Assembly (NCBI RefSeq): GCF_021869535.1
Contig: NW_026262734.1
Location: 19,592,001-19,656,000, forward strand
Origin: Mytilus californianus
Taxonomy: Eukaryota
DNA length: 64,000 bases
Reading direction: 5' to 3'
In this document: positions 9,710 to 21,186 of the stretch, in pieces
Numbering within the stretch: the first letter of the stretch is position 1
Layout: every line of letters starts with the position of its first letter
Made by a program: the position numbers and the translations under genes
The notes under the pieces: model-generated
Told to the model about the DNA's origin: nothing
Database searches by the model: none
Seen by the model: the letters and a program-made list of their open reading frames with translations, nothing else

Positions 9710-12700
9710 ATGGCTGATAGTTTTCTTCAATTTTTAAAACAACGTTATCCTAGAGGAAACGAACAGCTCGAAAGATTATTTCAAGACTTTAACGAGACAT
9801 TAAATAATTCTGAATTCAGCGAGTGTGATGAAGAAGCATTGGTTCGGGCAGCTGACGCATCAGAATCACTTTACAATCGGAAAAGGAAATCAAATGAAAC
9901 GATTCAACAATGGGAAAAGAAAGCGCTATATCAATGTGACTTATGTGATGCAGAATTTACCAAAAAATTCAATCTATCGCGTCATATGAACACACACACA
10001 AGGAAGAGATATGAATGTCGTAAATGTAGCAAAACCCTATCACGTTTAGAGAACTTGAAAAGACACGAGAAAATGTGTATTCGCGCTTCAGAATCCCATA
10101 AAAAACAAAGACAATTTCCATGTAGACATTGTGGCTTACCTTTTGATACATATGAGGATCTTTTTGATCACATCAATGTAGAGCATCCATTGAATCAAAC
10201 TGGAGGTCAGGCAGGGCAAGTCGTGGATCAAATGCATTCAATCACAAACAGTTCTCCTCCATTATCGTCTGATCCGTCTATCAGCACCTTGAATCCGCAA
10301 ATCGAAAACATCAATCCTTTACCTACTGAAAAGAAAAGAAGGAATCATAGGGTTAAAAAATCTGCTTTGAACGATTCCGTTAATCAACTTGAAATAATTC
10401 CAGAAGGAAATGAAAAATACGATCTTCTACAATTTTTTTCGAACGTTAAAGGAGATATACAACAAATAGTCGAGTCTAGGAAAAAATATATGAGAGACAT
10501 TAAATGGTATTTGAATGTCAAAGTTGAAATGGAACGTGATATTCAAGATGGTCAAACAGAAACAGTCTTACCCAGTTTTAGGAGTAGAAATTATGTGTCC
10601 TTGTTTAATGATGATCACTTAGAACATAATTTAAACGAGGCTTATCAAAAGATGCATCGAAGTCTTGAAGAATACATCAATAGAGGCTCAAATTGGATAA
10701 TACGGAAAGTTGTACACTTAGAAGTAAGAACAGTAAAATACGCACCTATTAATGGTTCGTCATACATGCAGCTTCCTTCAACCATAAAACTGTGTAAAGG
10801 TGTAATCAACATTCAAAATGATGATAATAAATGCTTCCTCTGGTCTGTTTTGGCTGCAATTCATCCGACTGATAACAACGCTCATCGTGTAAATAAGTAT
10901 AAACCGTTTGAAAATGAATTGAACACGACAGGAATTGATTTTCCTGTTCCAATTAAGCAGGTGGAAAAATTTGAAAAACTAAACAACCTTTCAATTAACG
11001 TTTTCGGATATGAAGGTGAACAGATTTTCCCTTTAGCTTTATCTAAATCAAGAAACAGCCATCAAAATATTGACTTGTTGTATTTATCAAACGATAAACA
11101 ATCACACTACTGTTTGATTAAGAATCTTAATAGATTTTTAAGACAAACAAACCAAAATCATGCACATTTCTTTTGTCGACGGTGTTTGCATGGCTTTATA
11201 AGAGAAGACCTGCTTGCAAGTCATCAACCCTATTGTGATCAAATAGATTTTCAGAGAGTACAATATCCGAAAGAAGGCGACAATATTTTAGAATTTAATG
11301 ACTTTTACAAAGCAATAAAAATAAGTTTCACCATCATAGCTGATTTTGAATGTTTTTCAAGAAAGATGGATACAAGTCTACCAAACCCGAAGAAATCATC
11401 GATTACACACGAAACGAAATTTGAACCATCGGGGTACTCCTACATAGTCCTATGTACGAACGATGATTATTCTAAACCACCTGTGGTTTATAGAGGAGAT
11501 AGAGTCATAGAACACTTTTTTGAAGACATGGCTATCGAAGAGGAATATATCAATGACATACTTGGAGAACCTGAGCCTTTGATAATGAATGATGAAGCAG
11601 AACAAGCGTTTCAACTTATCACCAACTGTGAGGTTTGTCAGACACTTTTTGATGAAAATGTAATTAAAGTACGAGATCATGCACATCATGGAATAACCAG
11701 AGACCCCAGAAAAAAAGATTATACTAATTATCGTCTTGCATTATGTCAGCGGTGTAATTTAAGTCTAAAAGAACCATCATATATTCCTGTATTATTCCAC
11801 AATGGTAAAAATTTTGATACACATTTACTACTACAAAAGGCTGATTGTTTTAAAGATAAGCCAATATCCTGTATTCCCAATAACATGGAAAAATACGTAT
11901 CACTCACTATAGGAAATCTTCGCTTTTTGGACACATGTCAATTTCTAAATAGTTCTCTAGACACTCTAGTGAAAAATTTATCACAAGAAGGACCTACGCA
12001 TTTTCGACAGTTCAAAAAAGCGTTTCCGTCTGAGGACATAGCAACACTTTTATTGAGGAAGAATGAATATTGCTATGATTACGTGGACTGCGAAGAGAGA
12101 TTTCAAGAAAGGCAATTACCATCAAAAGAAGCCTTTCACAATCGCCTAACGGATGAACCCATTTCGGATCAGGATTATAATCACGCTCTTGAAGTTTGGA
12201 ATACCATGAAAATGAATAATTTGGGTGACTTTCACGATCTATATGTAATGACGGATGTTCTACTTTTAGCAGACGTCTTTGAACGATTTAGAGACATAAC
12301 TATGGAAAATTATGGTTTAGATCCCTGTCATTTCTTTACAGCCCCTGGTCTCGCATGGCAAGCTGCGTTGAAAATGAGTGGAGTTTCGCTAGAATTGATT
12401 ACAGACCCTCTTATTTACAATCTTGTGGAACTTGGAACGAGAGGTGGAATAGCCTCTATTAACCAAAAGTATGCTAAAGCCAACAATAAATATGTGAAAG
12501 ATTTCGATCCTTCAAAACCATCATCACACATATTATATACGGACTGTGGAAACCTTTATGGGGCTGCTATGATGCAACCATTACCAACGGGTCTGTTTAG
12601 ACTGTTGAAGGATGATGAAATACAGCAAGTTAATATAAATGAGATTGAAAAGGATGCATCTACGGGATACATCTTAGAGGTGGATCTGGAATATCCCCCC

Positions 12701-14318
12701 GAACTACATGATCATCATAATTGTTATCCACTAGCTCCATCTCACAAGAAAGTTGAAATGGAAGAGCTGTCTTCTTACAGTCAAAATCTTTGGAAAGACC
12801 TAAATGGTGAAAATGCATCTAAAGTCGTCACCAAAAAACTTATCCCTACATTGGAAAATAAAGACCATTACATTCTACATTATAGAAATTTACAGCTATA
12901 TCTTGAACTTGGAATGAAGGTAACCAATATACATCAGATTGTAGAGTTTCATCAGTCAAGATGGTTGAAGACCTATATTGACTTCAATAGTCAAAAAAGA
13001 AAGGAGGCCAATAATGTGTTTGAGAAAGAATTCTACAAGTTAATGAATAACAGTGTTTTTGGTAAGTTTGTTGTTTTTTTTTTTTGCGTTGTAATGTCTT
13101 TTACTTTTTTTTATTTTCTAATAAGAAACGAAAAAAATCGAACATTGAATTCATAAAAGCAATTTAAAAAAAAATGAAAATATTAATCGATCTTTTACTT
13201 GTAGGAAAGACCATGGAAGATATTCGCAGACATAGAAACGTAAAACTTATGTCAGACCAGAAGAAATTGGTAAAATATACGTCGAAACCGTCCTTTGACC
13301 ATTTTCAGATATTTAACCAACACCTTGTGGGTATAGAAAACAAAAAAGTGAACATTCTTTTAAACAAACCAATCTATGTTGGTCAGGCAATATTGGACAT
13401 TTCGAAAGCACTGATGTATGAATTCCACTACAAAATAATGAAGCCCATGTATGGAGAAGATATTCGATTGCTTTTTACGGATACTGGTAAATATTTTATT
13501 TTTTTTTATATTTTATGGGGATAAAAGACAAGTAGTACATAAGTTATCAATTTTACCGCTTCGACCATGCATGTTTCAGTTAAATAAATTCAGTCGGCAA
13601 CAGAATTATTCGGCTAGTCAAAGCTAAACAATGATGTAATTCTTATTTTCTTACAGACAGCTTGTGTTACGAAATCATGACAGATGATGTATACAAGGAT
13701 ATGGAAATCATCAAAGACCATTTCGACTTTTCTGGATATCCTCAAACTCACTACCTATTTTCAAACAAATACAAAAAAATGCCTGGAAAATTCAAAGATG
13801 AACTAGATGGTAACTAATTTTATTATTAATCGATTAACAAAAACTTAAAAATAACAAATATTGAATATAAAAAAAACAAAGTCCAAAGAAAAAAAATAAT
13901 ACCATTGAGATTTTTTTTATTTTACAAAAATCTATTTCTTTTTAACCTAATTTTAAACCTAATTTTTAACTAAATACTTGATGAATTTCGTTTTGTTTCA
14001 GGCGTTCCAATTAAAGAGTTTATTGGATTGCGACCAAAAATGTACAGTTTGATATATGATGACGACAACACGGAACAGGAAAAGAAAACTGCCAAAGGAA
14101 TAAAAAAATGTGCCGTCAAAAAACAGTTAAAACATGCCAATTATAAAGAATGTTTATTTCAAAATGCATCGACAATGAATTCAATGAAATTGATAAAAAG
14201 TCAAAATCATGAACTCTTTGTCAACCATATTGTCAAAAAAGGTTTATCTAATTTTGATGAGAAAAGATTTTGGATTAATCATATTAAGAGTTATGCCTAT
14301 GGACATTTTAAAATATGA
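9710..14318 (+). CDS. polB: Protein-primed family B DNA polymerase, 4 exons (9710-13061, 13205-13486, 13657-13809, 14002-14318), 1367 aa
   Basis: Domains in order: C2H2 fingers, terminal-protein-like region, vOTU-like (KCFLW...SHY), Exo I ADFEC, EndoVII-like Zn insert, Exo II HNGKNFD, Exo III TDVLLL, motif A YTDCGNLYG. Motif B KLMNNSVFG|KT and motif C FTDT|DS are restored by GT-AG splicing; exons total 4104 nt with no stops. Confidence 0.95.
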
Positions 14319-14437
14319 TTAATCCAAAATCTTTATATCAATTATGTTTTATGTTTTATTTTATAATATACTATGTAATTTGAAATAAAATTTTTTTTAT
14401 TTTTTAAAAACTTTAATGGAATGCCTCAAACAAACTT

Positions 14438-15425
14438 CATCTTACAGAGAGTACATAGATTTTTTATTGAGTATTTACGTCATTAAATAGACCTAAAAGG
14501 TCTACACTGTTCACCTCTTCTATTCTCCTTTTTTTGGGAGCCGTATATGGTGGAGGTGGTGGAGGCATTTCTGCTGATCCCCTTGAGGATGGTAAATTAT
14601 ATTCTGGCTTATAGGTTGCATAGGTTGCAGACCCAAAAGGTTCTTGATCATAGGTTACAGATCCACTAGCTTCGGGTTGATAATTTGGCCCACTGGTACT
14701 TTTATTCTCCTAAAATATTTTTTTTATTTATTTTTTTTTTTTTGCATTTTTTTTATATATTTTATAAGTTTTATATATTTTTTTCGTTCCTTAAGCGAAA
14801 GTTAGTTCTTCGAAAATGAATATGTGTTTGGTAGAACAAACTTCAAGTCTGATAAGTTATATAATAAGATCAACATACATTATTAAAACCCACCCACCCC
14901 CTTATTTTAGCTTTAAGACAGCATTTACATATTATAAAAACATATTTTCAACTTAATTGACTGTTTTGACACCTGAGCTAATACCACTTTTTTTTGTCTC
15001 ATTGGCAAATACCATTTGTCTCATTGACAAAAAAAAAAAACATTTTTATTTTGTCCTATTGGGCAATTATACCACAAATGTTTTTAAATAAGAAAAATAA
15101 CTTACTTTGAAGTTTTCTTTTAAGAGTTCAAGCTGGCTTACCAGTTCCCCGAACTGTACAGCTTCTTCGAAAGAAAACGAAATCCGTCCTCCAAAATTTG
15201 GTCTATTATCATAGACGTTTATCCAAAATTTCCCTATTGATGACTGCTGCATCAGTAAATTCTTCTGATTTCCAAAGCGGTGGGAAAATTCTATTTTCCC
15301 ATTTCTCATTTTTTGAAGAAAAACAAACCTAGAGCTATTCTCCATAATAATTATTAATAAAAGACTTTTATTCTATGAGAAATTAGAAATGAGAAAGTCT
15401 TTATATATGTACTCTCTGTAAGATG
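14438..15425. repeat. Perfect 20-bp inverted repeat pair (14438-14457 and 15406-15425) bracketing the minus-strand PC4-like gene
   Basis: CATCTTACAGAGAGTACATA on the left and TATGTACTCTCTGTAAGATG on the right. Confidence 0.85.
14464..15345 (-). CDS. Two-exon gene (15345-15106, 14709-14464), 161 aa: PC4/Whirly-like N-domain, PPPPPPY motif, PKKRR NLS
   Basis: Phase-0 GTAAGT donor at 15105 and TTTTAG acceptor at 14710; the 246-nt second exon is open to TAA. GGRISFSFEEAVQFGELVSQL resembles the PC4 strand-helix. Confidence 0.7.
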
Positions 15426-15717
15426 CGATGAAACCAACCCCTTGTCAAGAAAAAATTAACTCCACCCACCCCAAAAAGCTTCATGTCATACCATTAGTCC
15501 GTTTTGAAGCATGAAAATTTGAATAATCATTTTGGGAAATTTTCCCACCCACAAATTTCCCGCCAAAGTCCCACAATTTATTCATACAAAAAAATTACAC
15601 GTGCACATAACACAACAAATATCGCAACCAATAAAGAATGACATTGAATTCATATAACATAAAAATACATACCAGAGGGGAAAAAAAAGACAACGCAAGA
15701 ATAGGGGAACACTTACA

Positions 15718-17266
15718 CAAAGCATGTTTCTGGCAATAAGGAAGATGTAGAAATTCCAAAATTAAGAAAATGGATTAAAGACATTGAAGAAAGAAACGGG
15801 GCGCGACAGACCACTTGGGGAGTGATCAAAGATTTGACACGTCCTGTTGAAACTACATTTATATACCCCGTAGCTTCTGCGGAGAAGATTAGCCAACGAA
15901 AAAAGACGATGTATTTAAATGGTTAAATTGTATATATATATTAGTTTATTTTAAATTATTATTTTTCACAACAGAAATTTCTCTCCCTTTGATGGGGTCG
16001 TACCACTCAGCAGATTGGAGAGGCTAGGCCCTATTTCTATATCCCGGGAATCCCTCGGGGCACAGAAAAAAAAAAAAGCAAAGCATGTTTTTTTGACAAT
16101 GAGGAAGATGTAGAAATTCCAAAATTAAGAAAATGGATTAAAGACATTGAAGAAAGAAACGGGGCGCGACAGACCACTTGGGGAGTGATAAAAGATTTGA
16201 CACGTCCTGTTGAAACTACATTTATATACCCCGTAGCTTCTGCGGAGAAGAGTAGCCAACGAAAAAAGACGATGTATTTAAATGGTTAAATTGTATATAT
16301 ATATTAGTTTATTTTAAATTATTATTTTTCACAACAGAAAGTTCTCTCCCTTTGATGGGGTCGTACCACTCAGCAGATTGGAGAGGCTAGGCCCTATTTC
16401 TATATCCCGGGAATCCCTCGGGGCACAGAAAAAAAAAAAGCAAAGCATGTTTTTTGACAATGAGGAAGATGTAGAAATTCCAAAATTAAGAAAATGGATT
16501 AAAGACATTGAAGAAAGAAACGGGGCGCGACAGACCACTTGGGGAGTGATAAAAGATTTGACACGTCCTGTTGAAACTATATTTATATACCCCGTAGCTT
16601 CTGCGGAGAAGAGTAGCCAACGAAAAAAGACGATGTATTTAAATGGTTAAATTGTATATATATATATTAGTTTATTTTAAATTATTATTTTTCACAACAG
16701 AAAGTTCTCTCCCTTTGGTGGGGTCGTACCACTCAGCAGATTGGAGAGGCTAGGCCCTATTTCTATATCCCGGGAATCCCTCGGGGCACAGAAAAAAAAA
16801 AAGCAAAGCATGTTTTTTGACAATGAGGAAGATGTAGAAATTCCAAAATTAAGAAAATGGATTAAAGACATTGAAGAAAGAAACGGGGCGCGACAGACCA
16901 CTTGGGGAGTGATCAAAGATTTGACACGTCCTGTTGAAACTATATTTATATACCCCGTAGCTTCTGCGGAGAAGAGTAGCCAACGAAAAAAGACGATGTA
17001 TTTAAATGGTTAAATTGTATATATATATTAGTTTATTTTAAATTATTATTTTTCACAACAGAAAGTTCTCTCCCTTTGGTGGGGTCGTACCACTCAGCAG
17101 ATTGGAGAGGCTAGGCCCTATTTCTATATCCCGGGAATCCCTCGGGGCACAGAAAAAAAAAAGCAAAGCATGTTTTTTTTTGACAATGAGGAAGATGTAG
17201 AAATTCCAAAATTAAGAAAATGGATTAAAGACATTGAAGAAAGAAACGGGGCGCGACAGACCACTT
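15718..17266 (+). repeat. Tandem array, ~361-bp unit x ~4.3, each unit a putative ~297-nt exon plus ~64-nt intron
   Basis: Unit starts near 15721, 16082, 16444, 16807 and 17167. Each has a GAT|GTATTT donor and TTTTCACAACAG acceptor, both phase 2, around an open frame KFSPFDGVVPLSRLER...EIPKLRKWIKDIEERNG. Confidence 0.8.
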
Positions 17267-17781
17267 ATGATTGATTTAGTCTTCTTTTTAAAAGGATATA
17301 AAAATAGCAATCAATAATTAAATTGATACTAAACCGAAATGTATTGTATTTTTCCTTCTAGTTAAAACACGCACAAATATAATATTCCGGAATAATTTCA
17401 CTCTCCTACACATCGTTTATTTATTTAGTATATCCCCTACATAATTAATCTATTTTCAACCAATCAGAGTTTTGTTTTAAAGACATAACAGTGACTTAAT
17501 ACCAACATTTAAATACAACGTACTCAAAATTATTGTTAATTAACAAACTCATGAAAATAATATAAAGAGAATTAATGATATTATTAAAATATGATTCATT
17601 TATACCATAGAAAGATAACTGATACTAAAAATTCTAAAAAAACATTTTAAATCTCCTTTACAATATGAAAAGTATCTCTTTAGTATTTAGTCAAATCTCT
17701 TTCCCATACAAATGTCATTTCATTTTCGCGCCATATCATGTAAGAAAATTTTCAGTAAACAAACAACAACAAATTGATAAA

Positions 17782-19177
17782 ATGAACATCTTCATCTTCG
17801 TTTTGATAGTGCAAGTTATTGCGTCACCTGCACGCAAGTCTGAAAGAATTGGAGAAGATTGTGAGAACGAGAGAGACGCCATACGCTGTCGTTACACTGG
17901 AATCAAGGATTACATCTTGAAGAAGCCACGGAAGGAAGTGTCCACCCTAATAATGGATCGCTTGTTTGAGCCATCCACACTCAAAGTAGATGGTATAACA
18001 GTACGCATAGAAGACGGGGACATTGAGTGGTGCTGCCACCATATAGAAGGGGCAACAGCTGTTTATGTTCACGATGAACAGTGTGTAAGTCTTCGTTTTT
18101 CTTCTTAATTATCCCCTGACTGCTCTTGTCCCTACAATTATCAATGTATTTATTCTTATTTATAAAAAAATAGATAATATTGTATGGTGAAGCAAAGTAA
18201 ACAAACCAACTTAGCCAAAAAAAAAATGAAAAAAAATGTTTCATTTGAACCCCCCCCCCCCCCCCCCCCCCCCCCCTCCCCTTTATTTTTGTTTTCTTAA
18301 AAAAATACTTTCCCTTTAATGAAAACAATGTTAAACATATTCAGACACTGGTTAAGAGAGTTATTTGACAATATTTTTTTATCTAAAGTAAGTTTCTAAA
18401 TGCTTACCATTGTAGATATTTTTTTCAGCCTACAACTACAGTGAAATCCATTGAATCTTCACTTTCATCAACAACAGTTAACTCTACCATGTCTTCACTT
18501 TCATCAACAACAGTTAACTCTACCATGTCTACAGAATTTAAAAATGTGGTATGTATAATTAATTATGATAAAAACAACATTAACACTCATACCATATCTT
18601 CTTATTTTTGAAATGAATACAAATTGTTGTTAACTTGACCTGACATTAACATAGAGTAATGATTGAAAATTAATGTTTTCTATTATTTTTCAGACTGTTG
18701 GTACCATCATGACAAACATGGAAGGTTGGGTCATTCCCACCGTTTCAATTTTATGTGGTAAGTTTGATAGGATATATATATATCTGAAGTAAATGTTAAA
18801 AAAAAATTCACTAATAAGGAAAATCATACACAAGCACTAAGAAATTCAGAAAGTTGGTATTAAACGGAATTGTGAAAAAGACTTTAAAAGTTAACATATG
18901 ATGATAAATACATTAAGCAAAAAAGAAATACTATTCATAAAAAAATAAATACAATTTAATCAAAATAAAATACAATTAAAGATAAAAAAAAAACACAGAA
19001 AAGGAAAATATAATTACACAATAAAAATACTGAGAAGAAAAGTAAGTTCAAAATAACTATCTTTATTTTTTTTTTTCCTTTTCAGTGCTTCTTGTCATAG
19101 CATTTGGACTTATGTTATATTGTGCCTACAAAAAAACTAGTATTCATATTATATCTTGTGGCAGAAAAAACCAATAA
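17782..19177 (+). CDS. Four-exon type I membrane glycoprotein (17782-18084, 18429-18548, 18694-18757, 19086-19177), 192 aa
   Basis: Signal peptide MNIFIFVLIVQVIA, 5-Cys ectodomain, Ser/Thr stalk with two NST sequons, TM WVIPTVSILCVLLVIAFGLMLYCAY, then KK. Donors GTAAGT/GTATGT/GTAAGT have consistent phases (0,0,1). Confidence 0.82.
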
Positions 19178-19193
19178 TTGAAATGTGGGAGTT

Positions 19194-19394
19194 ATGACAT
19201 TTGGACATTCTTCTTTTTTTTCAGTTTTAATTATCCTTTTGAGCACTACAACATTAATTATAATTAAATATCAAAAGAAAAGGACAGTAAACATTGAGCA
19301 ATTTCAAATGGAACAATTTCCACTGGATCAAAGTTGTGAAAATGATGAAGAAATATCATTAGATGAAACATCAGATATCATTTTTAGTAGATAA
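19194..19394 (+). CDS. Small single-pass membrane protein with acidic tail (66 aa)
   Basis: FFSVLIILLSTTTLIIIKYQKKR hydrophobic-then-basic segment followed by an acidic tail; short ORF. Confidence 0.45.
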   Translation: MTFGHSSFFSVLIILLSTTTLIIIKYQKKRTVNIEQFQMEQFPLDQSCENDEEISLDETSDIIFSR

Positions 19395-19407
19395 TTAAAT
19401 TTTTCAG

Positions 19408-19668
19408 AATATATATTGACTGTGGTGATGATTGTAGTGGGTATAATTGAAATTATTAGAAAATTTAGACAAAGACTTCAAAATTTACTTCGCCGTCTTG
19501 AAAACAATGCTGCACAACCACAACAAGATGCTCAACCACAAGCTGCGCTACCTGCTCAAGATCAACAAATACCCCCCCCAAAATCAACCGATACCAGCTG
19601 TCAATGTAATACCAGTACTGAGAAGATCTCAAAGACAAATTAAGCCTGTTATAAGACTGAACTTGTAG
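19408..19668 (+). CDS. Terminal exon of a TM protein with Q/P/A-rich tail (possible alternative last exon of the 17782 gene; probable 1-nt frameshift in the C8 run near 19572)
   Basis: TTTTCAG acceptor at 19407 is phase 1 and matches the donor at 18758. Translation EYILTVVMIVVGIIEIIRKFR...; Q/P-rich composition continues in the shifted frame to LRRSQRQIKPVIRLNL. Confidence 0.5.
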
Positions 19669-20186
19669 TCAATTGTTCTGTATGGGTAAATATTCTATGT
19701 GAAGTTTTTTTAACAATGTTGTTGATTCTTTTTGAGTTTTCCTTAATGTTTTAGACATGTTAAAAATCTGGTTTTACCACTACCTATAAAAACATTTAGT
19801 TTCAATAGTTCCCATCTTTAAACAATTATATCTTATATCTATAATTTTATTTTTTTAATATAACTGATTTTTATATGGTAGATACCTTAACATGTAAAGT
19901 TAAAGCTTAACTATGAATACATAAAAAAAACTTACCATTTTCCCGCCTAATTGTACAAAAGTTCGCGCCAGTTCTAAAAGAAAGTTTTCGCGGTCTTTTC
20001 TTTTATATGAAACGTGGGTATGTATCATGTTTTTACATCAATCAATTTTAAGTGTCATGTTACACCTTCAGTCTTGACAACTAAATGATTGGTTATTATA
20101 ATTATGATACATGGTGTTTATGAAAATAGTATCCGTTGGATCTTGCACTTGACAGGTTTATAGACAACTTTTTTGTTATACATTCC

Positions 20187-20368
20187 AGTTTGATATTTAA
20201 GAGAGAAACATTCATACTTTTGATTGTTTAATTAGTCTCTATAGATCTCATTTTACATATGGACCAATTTATCCAAGTTTGATATTTAAGAGAGAAACAT
20301 TCATACTTTGATTGTTTAATTAGTCTCTATAGATCTCATTTTACATAGGGACCAATTTATCCAAGTTT
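20187..20368. repeat. Two-copy ~89-bp tandem duplication
   Basis: AGTTTGATATTTAAGAGAGAAAC... starts at 20187 and 20276. Confidence 0.85.
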
Positions 20369-20695
20369 AGTATATGGTATATTGTTGCATTTTTATGGTT
20401 TTGTCGTGTTTAAGATATCTTTTTTTTATCATACAGACTTTTTTATATGATCATGTGTGTACTTTGATTGTTTCTTTAAATCACATTTAACACTGGGAAT
20501 CATTTATCCTAGTATGACATATTGCTGCATTTTTTTTTTCAAAGATCAATTTATTTCCTTTTATTTAGAAACCTTTTTGCAAGAAAAAAATAAGATAACT
20601 GATTTTATACTTTATACTTTATAATAGTTCAAAGTTTAATATATGTTAATTTAGTGAGCTCAATATATTTTCTCTCAGGTCAAATGTTTTTTTTT

Positions 20696-21186
20696 ATTTA
20701 CTGATTTTTTACATGGTGTTAAAGATTGATCATATGTATGTATATTGTTGATGTTGTCATATATTGTTTTTTTATAGTCTATTTTACATCATGTAATAAG
20801 TGCCAAAATATAGTGTAAATACATAGTAGTATTCATTGCATAATTTTCCTGAAGTCATAATTTCATAATAGCATTCATCACATAATTGTCCTCAACTGGT
20901 GTATTTCTTTTAATCAAAAATATCTCGGGTAACATATTTTATTTACTGATTTTTTACATGGTGTTAAAGATTGATCATATGTATGTATATTGTTGATGTT
21001 GTCATATATTGTTTTTTTTATAGTCTATTTTACATCATGTAATAAGTGCCAAAATATAGTGTAAATACATAGTAGTATTCATTGCATAATTTTCCTGAAG
21101 TCATAATTTCATAATAGCATTCATCACATAATTGTCCTCAACTGGTGTATTTCTTTTAATCAAAAATATCTCGGGTAACATATTTT
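20696..21186. repeat. Two-copy 245-bp tandem duplication, with a degenerate partial third copy to ~21320
   Basis: ATTTACTGATTTTTTACATGG... starts at 20696 and 20941; the copies are near-identical. Confidence 0.88.

Noticed and set aside
12530-12570. Motif A variant DCGNLY as an inactivating change
   Set aside because: The catalytic Asp and the LY are retained, and the middle positions vary among family B polymerases.
13062-13204. PolB frameshifted or pseudogenised into separate ORFs (9710-13156, 13174-13524, 14028-14318)
   Set aside because: Canonical GT-AG introns restore a continuous 1367-aa frame with intact motifs.
16329-16916. Minus-strand ORFs in the 361-bp array as the real gene
   Set aside because: The plus strand has the more protein-like charged translation and the T-rich acceptor orientation. 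The minus strand cannot be fully excluded, since it also has a pyrimidine-rich CAG.
18251-18281. Poly-C/G tract as a functional element (and the 17981-18328 minus-strand poly-Gly ORF)
   Set aside because: It lies inside intron 1 of the glycoprotein gene; the ORF is a low-complexity artefact.
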